The notes: generated by a model from the sequence alone, not told the origin. Counted from the stretch's first letter, positions 36,292 through 47,200 are shown. The stretch: DNA of 64,000 nucleotides from Candidatus Nanosyncoccaceae bacterium (GCA_045546295.1 JAZQCP010000013.1:138152-202151); one strand, 5' to 3'. Numbers and translations are program-made.

Positions 36292-37440
36292 TTAGGCTTT
36301 TTCAAGAATGGCGAGACTCTCAATATGTGGAGTACGTGGAAAGAAGTTGTATGGTTGTATTTTTGTAATGCGGTAATTATGTAGCGCCGCAAGATCGCGC
36401 GCCTGCGTGATGGGGTTGCAGCTAAGGTAGATAATCTTCTCTGGTTGAACTTCATTTAGTTTTTCGATGAGTTTTTGATCACATCCGGCACGTGGTGGGT
36501 CAAGAATGACGGAGCAATCTGGGGTGATGTATTCTGTGACGTCCTCGGATTTAGCGAGTATGCAATTGGCGGTGGTTTTTCTGGCGTTATTTTGCATTTC
36601 GGCGAAAGCGGCGCCGTTGACTTCAACGAGCGTGAGGTTTTTATTACGGGCAACACTCAAGCCAATACTGCCAACGCCTGCGTAAAGGTCGAGGACTTTG
36701 TCGGTAGTGATATGCTTTGATATTTCTTTGAGAACTAATTCGTAGACGGGTAGATTTATTTGGAAAAATCCGTTTGGCGAGTAGGAGTATTTGTGACCGC
36801 AAAGAGAATCTTCAAGCAGACTCATGACCGGATGCGGTTTGCGATTCTCGAAGAGCGCCGAGGATACTTTGCCTTGTTGATCACAACGAATCAGGAGCGA
36901 CTGATAGGTGCGCGCTTCGGCGTGTTTAGCGTTAAGGTCGGCGATAATCCTTTGGGCTTCTGCGAAGATTTCTGGGCGTTCGATTGAGCTTTGCGCTATA
37001 GGCGATTTGCGATGTGTGCCGCGCGTATGGAAAGCTGGATAGATAAGATTATCTTCGTGGCGCCAGTAGAGGGAATATTCCATTTTGTTGCGGTAGTAGA
37101 AATCCTTGCTATCGGTGATAGCGGGTTCGACGGCGGCATCGATGTGCTGTTGGCGGAGACATTCTTTGACGAGGGATTGTTTTTGCAACAATTCTTCCGC
37201 ATAGTCGATGATCTGCCAGGGGCTAGTTGAGAGATAGCATGTATCTTTCGGCTCGATGCGAAATGGCGATGATGAGATGACTTTTGTGGCGATACCCTCG
37301 CAATAACTATGTTTGTTTTTAGTAATTTCAAATTCGACTTCTTCCCCCGGTAACGCATTCCATAAAAAAGCTTTCTTACCATCGGCAAGTGTGGCAATCC
37401 CCTGCCCGCCTGGAACGAGCTTGTCGATTTTTGCGTTCAT
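36292..37440 (-). CDS. RNA (uracil-5-)-methyltransferase, RlmD/TrmA family
   Basis: 382 aa. N-terminal TRAM-like segment, SAM motifs DLYAGVGSIG and DPPRAG, and catalytic LSCNP. Leaderless-type start: TGcTATAAT -10 at 37447-37455, 6 nt spacer, ATG at 37440. Confidence 0.85.
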   Translation of the reverse strand: MNAKIDKLVPGGQGIATLADGKKAFLWNALPGEEVEFEITKNKHSYCEGIATKVISSSPFRIEPKDTCYLSTSPWQIIDYAEELLQKQSLVKECLRQQHIDAAVEPAITDSKDFYYRNKMEYSLYWRHEDNLIYPAFHTRGTHRKSPIAQSSIERPEIFAEAQRIIADLNAKHAEARTYQSLLIRCDQQGKVSSALFENRKPHPVMSLLEDSLCGHKYSYSPNGFFQINLPVYELVLKEISKHITTDKVLDLYAGVGSIGLSVARNKNLTLVEVNGAAFAEMQNNARKTTANCILAKSEDVTEYITPDCSVILDPPRAGCDQKLIEKLNEVQPEKIIYLSCNPITQARDLAALHNYRITKIQPYNFFPRTPHIESLAILEKA

Positions 37441-37465
37441 CTGTTAATTATAGCAAAAATATGTT

Positions 37466-37494
37466 TTGACAGCTAGATGCAAAAGTGTCATAAT
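37466..37494 (+). promoter_or_regulatory. promoter TTGACA-17-CATAAT for the 66-aa membrane protein
   Basis: -35 at 37466-37471 and -10 at 37489-37494, with TG at 37486-37487. Confidence 0.6.
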
Positions 37495-37543
37495 TGAGTC
37501 TGAACTGCTTACGAAAGTTGGTACCTTTAAGGAGGTGATAAGA

Positions 37544-37744
37544 ATGTATTGGTTGCACACTTATCTCGCTATAGCGGTCGCGTTTTTTCTATTTGCTACA
37601 GCGATCGGTATTACGGCTATGATGATTGTTAGTAGCATTATCTATTGTGTTATCGGCGCTATTCTGGGCATTTTTGGACTGAGGAGACTCACGAAATACA
37701 TATTCGCTCTCGTTATGGTAGCGTATTTTCTGGGTTTTCTGTAG
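37544..37744 (+). CDS. small membrane protein (66 aa)
   Basis: ATG follows AAGGAGGTGA (37529-37538). Almost entirely hydrophobic, with 2-3 TM segments. Followed by a strong terminator. Confidence 0.65.
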   Translation: MYWLHTYLAIAVAFFLFATAIGITAMMIVSSIIYCVIGAILGIFGLRRLTKYIFALVMVAYFLGFL

Positions 37745-37756
37745 AACCTCCACATC

Positions 37757-37788
37757 AAAAACCACCGGCTAGGCCGGTGGTGTTTTTT
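37757..37788. terminator. bidirectional intrinsic terminator
   Basis: The 9-bp stem ACCACCGGC/GCCGGTGGT has a 3-nt loop and is flanked by an A-run and a T-run. Confidence 0.85.
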
Positions 37789-37871
37789 GTGTGCCGTTGT
37801 ATCTGAGTTGTAACTTTGGAGAATTCAGTTATGCTATTAAAGCATATATCTTATGGTTAGTCAAGAGAGGT

Positions 37872-39182
37872 TTATTCGTAGCGCAAGGCGTCGATTGGGT
37901 TTTTGCTAGCGGCGCGTCTGGCTGGAAGCGTTCCGGCCAGGAACGATATGAACATGATCAGAACAGTGACAATAATGATGTCTTTGATAGTGTAGGTCGC
38001 GAGGTTGAAAGATGGGAAGCTCTCGAGGAAACCGCCTTCGGCGTGGAATATATTATTGGCAATGTTGCCGAGTATCATCGATACGGTGACGCCAAATACA
38101 GAGCCCCAAAAACCGAGCGAGATAGCTTCGATACTAAAGCTAAGGAAGACGCGTGCGGATGACATGCCTAATGCTTTGTCGAGGCCGATTTCGCGAGTGC
38201 GTTCTTGGACGGACATGAAGAGTGTATTGATGATACCGATGGCGGCCGCTAGTAAGGCGATAAAGCCAAAGATTTTGAACACGGTCAGTATGACATCAAA
38301 GAACGTCTTGATTGAGCCGATAATGTCATCAATAGTCATGGCGGATAGGCCGATATCTTCAAGCTTGTCTTTTATTTCCTTTGCTGAGTGATTTTCGTAG
38401 TCGTAATTTACAGCTATTGCAACGGTGCGGTCTTTATATTCTGCTGGGTAGTATTTAATATTCTCAGTATAGATGTCGTCGGCTGTTTTGTTATTTACGT
38501 AGGAGTAACCCATTGATACTACGCCGGGCGCAATTACGCCAACAACTTTTACGTTAAAAGTTTTCTGAGTATGCTTGAATTGGTCGACTACGACGAGTTG
38601 GATTTTTTCGCCAATTATATTCTCTTCTGTATATCCGAGTACGTCGACATATTTTCTCTCGAGCTGAATTTGGTATTCATCACCCTGCAAGTCGAGTTGT
38701 CCGCCGGTGGTGGTTTCAACTTTGATGTTGCCTGGCGGCAAAGCTTCGGCGCCGATGAGATATTTTTTGTCGGTCTTTTTGCTGCTGACGTAAGATATGT
38801 TCAAAGATTTTTGTTCTACAAGACTGTCGCCATCGATGCCGTCGATTTTTTTGATTTTGTCGAGCTGCTCGTTAGTGATGGGCGTCATGCCGTCTTGAAT
38901 CTTGTCTTCTTTATATTCAATGGGAGTATTATTGCCGCTACCCATGGCTCCGGTTAGGCCTTCAAGGGCGTCGAAAGAGTCTTTCGATACGACGGCAAGA
39001 TAGCCTTCGCCACCGTAGCTGTCAACCTGTTGGTCAATGAAATCATTGACGCCCGCCTGAATAGCGGAGGTTGAAATAATCGAGAAAGAGCCGATGAAAA
39101 TGGCGAGGATAGTTAGGAAACTGCGCAACTTATTGCGGAGTAGATTGGCGTTTGCGTCCCGAATGATGTCTAAGAGTTTCAT
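37872..39182 (-). CDS. ABC transporter permease (FtsX/MacB-type)
   Basis: 436 aa. N-terminal TM segment, a large periplasmic-type domain, and a C-terminal FtsX 3-TM bundle. Confidence 0.85.
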   Translation of the reverse strand: MKLLDIIRDANANLLRNKLRSFLTILAIFIGSFSIISTSAIQAGVNDFIDQQVDSYGGEGYLAVVSKDSFDALEGLTGAMGSGNNTPIEYKEDKIQDGMTPITNEQLDKIKKIDGIDGDSLVEQKSLNISYVSSKKTDKKYLIGAEALPPGNIKVETTTGGQLDLQGDEYQIQLERKYVDVLGYTEENIIGEKIQLVVVDQFKHTQKTFNVKVVGVIAPGVVSMGYSYVNNKTADDIYTENIKYYPAEYKDRTVAIAVNYDYENHSAKEIKDKLEDIGLSAMTIDDIIGSIKTFFDVILTVFKIFGFIALLAAAIGIINTLFMSVQERTREIGLDKALGMSSARVFLSFSIEAISLGFWGSVFGVTVSMILGNIANNIFHAEGGFLESFPSFNLATYTIKDIIIVTVLIMFISFLAGTLPARRAASKNPIDALRYE

Positions 39183-40051
39183 TATAGGTCCTCCTCGTCT
39201 TCTTCAATGTTTATATGGTGGACTGGGTGCTTCTGGTCGAGCATGCCGTCGATATTATTGTCGCCTTCGAAATTATCTGGAGTTGCGTCATCGTCGTCAT
39301 CTTCTTCGCTTTCGGCGACAATTTCGCGAATTTCTTCGTCCCCGTCATCGTCTTGCTCTACGTCAGCAGAGGAATCTGAGACGATACGGCCGTCTTTGAT
39401 GTTGATTTGGCGTTGGCATTTGTTTGCTAAATCTTGGTCGTGAGTAACGATGATGAGAGTAATTCCCTTTTCGCGGTTAAGCTTGAATAGGAGGTTGATT
39501 ATTTTATCGCCAGTAGCAGAGTCGAGATTCCCGGTTGGCTCATCTGCGAAGATGACCTTAGGATCATTAACGATAGCGCGCGCAATACAGACGCGTTGTT
39601 TTTGGCCGCCGGAGAGGTCGCTGGCTTTATTGTTGCGCTTGTCATCGAGATCGACGGTCTTGAGGGCGGAGACGGCGCGACGATGGCGTTCTCTATATCC
39701 AACACCGGCGATTTTTAGCGGAAGAATTACGTTGTTTAGTACGGTGTCGTTAGCATTCATAAAGAAGCTCTGAAAAACGAAACCAAATTTTTTATTGCGA
39801 ATGGCATTGAGTTTGCGGGCGCGCAATCTTGCCGTAGGATGCCCGTTTAAGGTAATTTCGCCACGAGTTGGCTTATCCAGGAGTGCTAGTAGATGCATTA
39901 GCGTAGATTTGCCGGAACCAGACTTGCCAATAATTGCTACCGATTCTCCCTCGTGAATATTCAACGTAACGCCGCGCAATGCTTCAAATTTGTTGTTGCG
40001 TTTGCCGTAAGACTTACGAAGGCTGCGGGCGCTAATAAGTGTCTTGCTCAT
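39182..40051 (-). CDS. ABC transporter ATP-binding protein (MacB/LolD-like) with acidic C-terminal extension
   Basis: 289 aa with [17 protein letters not shown] and ADEPTGNLD. The last ~65 aa are D/E-rich. Confidence 0.9.
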   Translation of the reverse strand: MSKTLISARSLRKSYGKRNNKFEALRGVTLNIHEGESVAIIGKSGSGKSTLMHLLALLDKPTRGEITLNGHPTARLRARKLNAIRNKKFGFVFQSFFMNANDTVLNNVILPLKIAGVGYRERHRRAVSALKTVDLDDKRNNKASDLSGGQKQRVCIARAIVNDPKVIFADEPTGNLDSATGDKIINLLFKLNREKGITLIIVTHDQDLANKCQRQINIKDGRIVSDSSADVEQDDDGDEEIREIVAESEEDDDDDATPDNFEGDNNIDGMLDQKHPVHHINIEEDEEDL

Positions 40052-40215
40052 AATTATATTTTAGCAAGAAAGGGCTCAAGCCAAAAGACTAGAAGCATAT
40101 ATGTCTATATTATATCACAGATTGCTGTTTTAGTCAAATGCTAATGCTTGCAGATTTTATATTTTTAGGATTATATATTTGTAGATTTTGCACATTAATA
40201 ACGGAGGTGAAGAGT

Positions 40216-40785
40216 ATGGATGCTGATAGCCGAAATGACCTTTATAACGTGTTGGTAGCTTCAAAAGTTCATGCGGTAAGACCTGGTTTGATTAAGATTC
40301 CGTTAGCCGCATTGCGTGAGTTTCATGATGAAGCTGGTATGAAGCCTGACGATTTGGCATACTTCAATTTTGGATTATCGTCTGCCGGGTCGGGTACGCT
40401 GCATCGGTTTACGTATGGGCCAAATTCAAGCGAGACGATACCGCCTATGTTGAGCGAAGTATATTATTGTGATGTTACGACTGGAGACTGCGATCCGATT
40501 ACCGCTAAAGCGGGAGGGGCTTTATATAAAGCCATCGAGCGCGATTTCTATGCGCGTAAGTCTAAAATTTACGGTAGTATGTCGGTAAACCAAAATGGAC
40601 GGCTCTATGTTACGGTAGATCATTCAAAGGACATTGTCGCTGATTATTATTTTGATTTGTTACCCGATAAAAGTGGGTGTCAGTTTGTCTCGCCTGGGAG
40701 TGGGTACGACTATGAAGCATGGATTTGGCTAGAGAATGATGCTGTATATGTTTCGAATACTGTCACCATTGTTATGCAGCTGTAA
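40216..40785 (+). CDS. hypothetical cytoplasmic protein
   Basis: 189 aa from the ATG 5 nt after GGAGGTGA (40203-40210). Terminator downstream. Preceded by an 18-nt motif shared with 52520-52537. Confidence 0.65.
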   Translation: MDADSRNDLYNVLVASKVHAVRPGLIKIPLAALREFHDEAGMKPDDLAYFNFGLSSAGSGTLHRFTYGPNSSETIPPMLSEVYYCDVTTGDCDPITAKAGGALYKAIERDFYARKSKIYGSMSVNQNGRLYVTVDHSKDIVADYYFDLLPDKSGCQFVSPGSGYDYEAWIWLENDAVYVSNTVTIVMQL

Positions 40786-40820
40786 CTTTTTGTTATGCGC
40801 AGCTTCGTAGCGCCTTCGTG

Positions 40821-40846
40821 GTCTCCCCCTAGTGGGAGACCTTTTT
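40821..40846 (+). terminator. intrinsic terminator
   Basis: The 7-bp stem GTCTCCC/GGGAGAC has a 6-nt loop, followed by CTTTTT. Confidence 0.8.
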
Positions 40847-40897
40847 ATGTAACCTTATTCGACAAAGATTTCTTTTTGTGATAGAATTTTGAAAGAT

Positions 40898-40972
40898 TGG
40901 ACCGTCGCCAAGTGGTAAGGCACTGGGTTTTGGTCCCAGCATTCGCAGGTTCGAATCCTGCCGGTCCAGCCA
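40898..40972 (+). tRNA. tRNA-Gln (anticodon UUG), CCA encoded
   Basis: Manual cloverleaf: acceptor TGGACCG/CGGTCCA, D-arm TCGCCAAGTGGTAAGGCA, anticodon arm CTGGG-TTTTGGT-CCCAG, T-arm GCAGG-TTCGAAT-CCTGC, discriminator G, then CCA. TGaTAGAAT -10 at 40879-40887. Confidence 0.9.
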
Positions 40973-40982
40973 ATCAAGAAAA

Positions 40983-41002
40983 TGCCCTTTGGGCAGTTTT
41001 TT
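40983..41002 (+). terminator. short terminator after tRNA-Gln
   Basis: The 5-bp stem TGCCC/GGGCA has a 3-nt loop, followed by a T-run at 40997-41002. Confidence 0.55.
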
Positions 41003-41080
41003 GTTGGCTGCAGCGCAGGATGAGAGCCCAAGGTTCGCCCAATGCCCGGTTTCGTTTTTATGATGAGGTATAATATAGAT

Positions 41081-41179
41081 ATGGACCAGGATAATAGCGA
41101 AGAGGAAAAGGCCATTCAAGAGCTTGAGCAGAGCCGCGACGATGACGACAATGAAGAGCTTTGGGCTTGTAGTGAATGA
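41081..41179 (+). CDS. candidate leaderless 32-aa acidic micro-ORF coupled to pgeF
   Basis: TATAAT at 41069-41074, then 6 nt, then ATG at 41081. Encodes MDQDNSEEEKAIQELEQSRDDDDNEELWACSE. Its TGA overlaps the pgeF ATG (ATGA at 41176-41179). Too short for the ORF track. Confidence 0.35.
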   Translation: MDQDNSEEEKAIQELEQSRDDDDNEELWACSE

Positions 41180-41949
41180 TGCTAGACAATGACCGCGTAA
41201 AGCATATTGTGGGCGAGAAGGCGGAGTACCTAGTTTTTCCTGAGCTTGAGAAGTATCCTGAACTTGGTGTAGCTTTTGCAATTCGAGGCGCAAAGAGGTA
41301 TCACTATGAGCCAATTTCGCCTGAAGTAGATTATTCTGGAATTGCGAGTGAGCTTGGTGTTAGTGTTGACGATTTAATAATGCCGTTTCAGGCGCATACT
41401 GATGTGGTAGCAGAATATGACGACGCAGTGCGCAAATTTAAGGACACGGACGGATTGGTGACCGCAAAGCGTGGTGCTGTTTTGTGTACTAAAGTTGCAG
41501 ATTGCATCTCTTTATTAATGTATGATCCAATACATCATGCAATTGCGAACATTCATTCAGGTTGGCGTGGTACTTTGCAGAAAATTGCCCAGAATGGGCT
41601 TCGCAAAATGGTTGCAGAGTATGGCACGAGGACTTCGGATTTGATTTGTATGATTTGTCCGAGTATACGCCAAGATCATTTCGAAGTTGATCAGGATGTA
41701 TATGGGGAATTTGCAAAGACATATCCGGAAATAATCAACGAGATAACGGTTCAAAAAAATAATAAATATTACATCGATACGGTACGCTGCAACACTTGGC
41801 TACTCGAAAGAGCTGGCGTAAAAATGGAAAATATTATCGACTCGGACCTATGTACAGTTTGTCATAAGGATTTGATTAATTCCTATAGAGGGAATATTGA
41901 AGGCGAAAAGCATTTTCGCAATTTAGCGCTAATTTGGCTAAAAGACTAA
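41176..41949 (+). CDS. pgeF: peptidoglycan editing factor PgeF (YfiH/DUF152 laccase-domain protein)
   Basis: 257 aa with QAHTDVV, DCISLLMYDP, HSGWRG and a C-terminal Cys/His cluster. Confidence 0.85.
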   Translation: MMLDNDRVKHIVGEKAEYLVFPELEKYPELGVAFAIRGAKRYHYEPISPEVDYSGIASELGVSVDDLIMPFQAHTDVVAEYDDAVRKFKDTDGLVTAKRGAVLCTKVADCISLLMYDPIHHAIANIHSGWRGTLQKIAQNGLRKMVAEYGTRTSDLICMICPSIRQDHFEVDQDVYGEFAKTYPEIINEITVQKNNKYYIDTVRCNTWLLERAGVKMENIIDSDLCTVCHKDLINSYRGNIEGEKHFRNLALIWLKD

Positions 41950-42368
41950 AACATACACATATCTGATTCAAGCAGAACTTCGGCGGCACCGTCGATATCT
42001 TGTTCAAGGATGCGGTCGTAATATTGCTGACGGTAATTGATATAGTCGAGGCTGGCTTGGAGCTCGTACATTTCGGCTTCAAGTTCCTGGGCCTTTTCTT
42101 TGAGCATTTCTTTGCGTTCTGGTATAGTTGTGCTACCTTTGGCGAAAAGTTGAGCGTATTTGTATATCTCATCGTTGGTCATGCGGCAATGTTTGAGACT
42201 ATCGACAATCTTAATCCATTGGATATCGTATTCGTCGAAGCGTGGCGTTTTCGTGCCAGGCTTAACCCCGGGAATAAGATTATGGTCGCAAAAAGAGTGC
42301 AGTATTTTTGCACTTAAATTTGTTTTCTGCCCTGCCTCTTCTAGGCTGTAAATTTTCTGTTCGAGCAT
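41946..42368 (-). CDS. MerR-family transcriptional regulator
   Basis: Start trimmed to MLEQKIYSLEEAGQKTNLSAKILHSFCDHNLIPG (MerR HTH), followed by a coiled-coil dimerisation helix. The longer ORF-track N-terminus is hydrophobic and unlikely. Confidence 0.75.
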   Translation of the reverse strand: MLEQKIYSLEEAGQKTNLSAKILHSFCDHNLIPGVKPGTKTPRFDEYDIQWIKIVDSLKHCRMTNDEIYKYAQLFAKGSTTIPERKEMLKEKAQELEAEMYELQASLDYINYRQQYYDRILEQDIDGAAEVLLESDMCMF

Positions 42369-42414
42369 ATCTGTTGTACAATATATAGTATAACAAAGCG
42401 AGACGAAAACGCTA

Positions 42415-42945
42415 ATGGAAAGTAGTGATAAAAAGAAAATCATCTTCATCTTGGCAACAATGGTTATTGCGATGGTTAGCATGTCCATTTTCATGAGGAC
42501 TGGCTTCGAATCAATTAAGAAAGAAAAACGCAAGAAAACTCAAGACGTGTCAGTCGGAGCTGAATCAGAAGTACAAAAAGAGGAGGAGAATACGGGTATT
42601 AAATATATTTCAATTAGAGTAAATGGCGAAAGCTATTTAATGTCTGTCGATTCTGGTAAGGCTGGCCAAGAGTTTGCAACCTCTACCCCGTTTGAGCTAG
42701 AGATGCTTGATCTGAATAATAATGAAAAATACTATACGGGCAGCGACACTTTGCCCGTAAAAAACTATAAGCCAGAACACATTAATGCTGGCGATGTGAT
42801 GTTATATGGCGACAATACAATAGTGATCTTTTATAAATCTTTCGATACGCAGTATGAATATACGCGTTTGGGTAGAATCGTGAGCCCGGAATCGCTTGAA
42901 AGTGTAATGGGCAATGGAAAAGTAACGGTAGAATTTTTTAAATAG
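42415..42945 (+). CDS. membrane-anchored cyclophilin-like-fold protein
   Basis: 176 aa with an N-terminal TM segment. The C-terminal block (IRVNGESYLMS...AGDVMLYGDNTIVIFYKSF) resembles cyclophilin-like proteins commonly found next to flavodoxins. Confidence 0.55.
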   Translation: MESSDKKKIIFILATMVIAMVSMSIFMRTGFESIKKEKRKKTQDVSVGAESEVQKEEENTGIKYISIRVNGESYLMSVDSGKAGQEFATSTPFELEMLDLNNNEKYYTGSDTLPVKNYKPEHINAGDVMLYGDNTIVIFYKSFDTQYEYTRLGRIVSPESLESVMGNGKVTVEFFK

Positions 42946-42953
42946 GAGGAAAA

Positions 42954-43487
42954 ATGAGCAAGGTATTAGTATGTTTCTTTTCGGCGGGCGGTGAGGATGT
43001 TATTGCTGGCGAGAAGAATGAAGTCGGCAATACGGCAATGATGGCGGATGCGATTGTAGCAAAGCTTAAAGAAGATGGACACGATGTTACTAGCTTTCAG
43101 ATTATGCCAAAAGAACCATACCCAGATAGCTATGATCAAAAGCTTGTAAAAGCGACAGAAGAACGTGCCATGCAGGAACGTCCCGAATATGCTGAGGATG
43201 TGCCAGATTTTGACGATTATGACACGATTTTTATTGGCTATCCGATTTGGTGCAGTGATCTGCCAATGATCATGTATACATTCTTGGAAAGGCATGTCTT
43301 TACGGGCAAGATTGTAATTCCATTTTGCACACATGGTGGTTCGGGCGAAGTAGATACTTTTCGCGTCGTAGCTGAGAAAGCGGTCGGATCTGCTCCAGAA
43401 CAGGGCTTTGCGATGTCGGGAGAACTTGCGCGCCAACCTGGTGGCCGTAAACAAGTGTATTATTGGGTGGATCAATTGGCTATTTAA
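42954..43487 (+). CDS. flavodoxin-family protein
   Basis: 177 aa with KVLVCFFSAGGE at the N-terminus and a short-chain flavodoxin-like layout (IFIGYPIWCSDLP). Confidence 0.75.
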   Translation: MSKVLVCFFSAGGEDVIAGEKNEVGNTAMMADAIVAKLKEDGHDVTSFQIMPKEPYPDSYDQKLVKATEERAMQERPEYAEDVPDFDDYDTIFIGYPIWCSDLPMIMYTFLERHVFTGKIVIPFCTHGGSGEVDTFRVVAEKAVGSAPEQGFAMSGELARQPGGRKQVYYWVDQLAI

Positions 43488-44212
43488 TGCGCAAGAAAAA
43501 TCTAGATTTTCTATTCTCGTCATTGATAGCGCATCGCGGCCTTCATGGTGGCGGCGTGCCAGAAAATTCGATGACGGCTTTTGGTGCGGCGGTGCGCGCC
43601 GGTTATATTATTGAACTGGATGTCCACTTGTTAGCCGATGGGCGCGTGGCGGTTTTTCATGACGACAATATTAAACGGATGTGCGGTGCGGATATCGAGA
43701 TAAAAACTCTGTCTGCGGTTAAGCTAAAAAAATATCGTCTCCCTGGAACAGACGAGCGCATTCCCTTGCTAAAAGATGTTTTGGCATTAATAAACGGGGC
43801 CGTGCCGATTATTATCGAACTAAAATCTGATGCTCCCGTAGGTAAGCTTGAAAAAGCCTTGGCGAAATTGCTCGATGGATATGTTGGGGATTACGCTCTA
43901 AAAAGTTTTCACCCACTGATTGTGCGAAAGCTGAGACATCTATTTCGCGATCGACCGGTTGGACAGCTATTTTCAAACGGTATGTTTAAGGATGTCAAAG
44001 GCATTAAGAATTGGGTTTTTCGAAGAGCTGTAAACTGGTCGATGTTTTTGAGTGATTTTATTTCCGTAGACAAAAATGATTTAGACATTCCGGTGATTGA
44101 TACTCTACGTAGCCTTCGGAAGCCGATTTTAGTCTGGACGATTAAAGGTACCGACGAGCGGTTGTCGGTAATGCAAAAAGCAAATAATTGTATTTGCGAA
44201 AAGATATTATAA
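43487..44212 (+). CDS. glycerophosphodiester phosphodiesterase
   Basis: IAHRGLHG, ELDVHL and FHDDN motifs. Start set at the ATG that overlaps the flavodoxin stop (TAATG). Confidence 0.85.
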   Translation: MRKKNLDFLFSSLIAHRGLHGGGVPENSMTAFGAAVRAGYIIELDVHLLADGRVAVFHDDNIKRMCGADIEIKTLSAVKLKKYRLPGTDERIPLLKDVLALINGAVPIIIELKSDAPVGKLEKALAKLLDGYVGDYALKSFHPLIVRKLRHLFRDRPVGQLFSNGMFKDVKGIKNWVFRRAVNWSMFLSDFISVDKNDLDIPVIDTLRSLRKPILVWTIKGTDERLSVMQKANNCICEKIL

Positions 44213-44240
44213 AAAACACTCCCCAAAGGGGGTGTTTTTT
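44211..44240. terminator. bidirectional intrinsic terminator
   Basis: The CACTCCCC/GGGGGTG stem (one bulge) has an AAA loop and is flanked by an A-run and a T-run. Confidence 0.75.
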
Positions 44241-44241
44241 A

Positions 44242-47200
44242 TTAAGGCGTCGGTTGTCCGGGCTTTGTTGTGTTTTTAGGTTTTATATCGAATGGATTTA
44301 CGTAGTCTTTGTCTTTAGGATTTCGTCTAGCCGCATATTGCTTATCGGTTAGACTCTTGACATTTGTAAGAATCTTATGTTGGTCGTCTTTCTTGTTGAG
44401 GTTGTCGTTCCCTTGTATGCGCGCAGCGCGTTGCTGATCGAGGCTGCCAGCCTTGTAAGTCTGCTCAAGGCTTTTCGTACTTTGTTGCAGGAGCCGTTCG
44501 TCGTCATCGAGCTGTTTTTGAGCAACGAATTCTTCGTTAGTTCCTAGGCTTTGACCGTTGGTATCAAATCTTTCTGTCTCAGACCAAGTTTCGAAGCTTT
44601 TGTCGGCGCCGTTTTTGCCTGCCTGGTAGTCGCGTAAGTATTGGGCCACGTAGGCATCTTTGTTGCCGATATTTCCGGCTATATCTGTGCTTGTTGCGTA
44701 GCTAGCTAGTAATTTCTTGCCTTCATCGGATGCGCTATCACTTCTGATTATGCTCGCGAGCCGTTTGTTGCCATCGCCGCCAGATTGAGATAGCTTCTTC
44801 ATGAGAGCTTGAGCCTTAACTTTATTATCTGCATTAATTTTGCCGCTAGACAATATACCTTTTAATTGGTCTTCCATTACGTCGACGTTGTAGTTTGCTG
44901 TAGTTGTTTCCATGTTTGCGATTTCGTCATCGACAAGCTGCGACTTAGCTTTGTTGGCAATAGTGGCACCGGCGGCAAGTACACCAGCACTAGTTAACAT
45001 GCGGTCGCTCGTAATACTGGAGTTTACATTGCCCAATGCTTTCGAACGGGCTTCGGCTAACTTTGCGCGCCCGCCTGCGCCCCTTAACATTCTGGAGGGC
45101 CAAGTGTTTTGTAAACGGCCTAATGTGGTTAATTTGCCGTCTTTACCAATTCCAGCAGCAATACGTTGGTTTCTCTCGCTTGCGGTACGTTGCCAGCCAC
45201 TGTTGCGAATACCGCTGTCGACTTTTCTTTGGGCGCCAGATGTGATAGCTCTTTGTTTAGTCGCGAGCGCAGCAGTGACGCCACTGAGTGCGCTAAGGCT
45301 CTTTCTGATAAGACTTGGAATATAGAAGATAGGTGCAACTGCGACAACGGCCGCTGATAAGATAATGCCGAGACTCGTGATAGTTTTTTGAGCACTCCCG
45401 CCGCTACCACCGTCGGCCGTACTGGCTGCTAAGAGGATCTTTGACACGAACTCGCCGCCAAAAACGAGCGCCGAGGCGATTGGGTAAGCCATAAGCAAGC
45501 CCTTGAATGTGTCGAACCATCTTTTGAATAGGCTTTTGGTGTTTGGTAACATATATGCAGCGAAAGCTAGTGGCGATACAACTACTAAGATTACGGCGAC
45601 GGCTTGGCGGATGGCGAGCAAGGCGAAGAGGAAGAATGCGCCTACGGCTAGCGAGATGAGGGCCATTAATGCAGGAATGATTATAACTGGACCAGCCGCT
45701 AGAAATGCGGGGATAGCTAATAAGCCAGCAATGAGTCCAACTATGGCAAGATTGTTTTTGGCGATATCCATAAATGCTTGCACGCCTGTTGCTTCAGTGG
45801 GGTTGAGGTTAACGTATACCTGCGAAAGGTCTGCGTCTATGTCGGCGGACATATTATTAAACAAACCACCGATAGCGCGACCGAGAATATTTGATAGGTC
45901 GATGGCTAGCTGGCAGATGAAATAAGACAAATTTATTAGTATAGCGCCAACAATCAATTTTGGGAGAATCTTTTTTATGCCGTAATTATCGATACCTACT
46001 CCGGTTAGTTGCGAAAAGATGACGACTAGGAATACAATTACGAAAGCGAGGTTCGCGAAGCCTTGGAATATGGACCAAATGTCGCGCAGGGCTTTGCCGC
46101 CATTAGTGCTAGTATCGAACAATACGGCATCGATGCTAAGAAATGGCTCAATGAGGTCTGCGTATGCTCTTTGGATATAGTCGGCAGCAGTAGTAATGAG
46201 TGGGCAAATAATCCAACCAAGTGCTCCCGAGCGGGTTTGACAATCCGGCTCACGCGAAGCGGCATCGCTATCGTCTTGGTTTGCCGCGTCTGGGTTTGCT
46301 GCTGCGGCGCCGGTGAGCTCGTCTTCGGTCATGTGGTTGACTAGTTCCTCGAACGTGTAGTCTACGTACCAGGTCAAACCTTCTGTAATTGCGTGAACTT
46401 TTGCTGGCGTGAATGGGTTATGTTTTGGCTGAGGGTCCTCTGCCCTAGCGTAGCATGTTTTGCTAGTTACGTTTTTGGCCTTAACAGTATCGGCACCTGC
46501 CGTAAGGCTTGAATACTCATCGTCTCCTTCACAAATTAATTTAGCCTTAAAATAAGTAGCGAAATAGTGTTGATGTAAAGATGTTTTTTGTTCGGCTGAA
46601 AATTTTAATGCGGAAGCGTCGCTGTAGGAAGAGTTCTTGCTTATGGCTATTTTTGCAGCGTTGGCTGCGCTGGTATCAAATACCCAGTGATTATTCTTCT
46701 TGTCATAATCGCCGTCCGATACGCCCCCATTGAGTCCGTCTGCTGGATCATATATTTTAAGTTCGGCATGATAATACTGTTTGTCGCCGTCGTGATTTGT
46801 GCCTTCTGACCATTCTACGGTTGCGCGATTGGCTTTGAGTGTGTTGTAAAAGTTTTCGACAATAGTCTTCCACGTGGCTCCGACTGTTAAGTCGACAGAA
46901 CCTTTAGTAAGGTTGAGCTTGCCGTTTTTGACTTTTACCTTGGTAAGCTTTTCCTCGCCATTTTCGTTTACGGTGAATTTACTATCTGATGCAATTTTAT
47001 TGTCAGTTAGCTTATCTACGCAGAGTTCGTGGGTATAAATCTCTTTGCCATCTTTAGTCTTAGCGTCTGCATACGAACTGCCGCTAGTCTTTTTTATGTA
47101 TGCGATTTTTACGCAGTTACCGCCGCTGGTGCTGCCGGAGCCAGCCTCTGCCTTGTATCCCATTTTTTCTAGCCAGGGAATTGCTTTGTCTTGAGTGAGA

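Noticed and set aside
40829-41314. 161-aa and 86-aa minus-strand ORFs
   Set aside because: They run straight through tRNA-Gln and its terminator, and they lack an RBS.
42966-44226. 185-aa and 105-aa minus-strand ORFs antisense to the flavodoxin and GDPD genes
   Set aside because: The plus-strand products carry clear family motifs. The antisense products have none.
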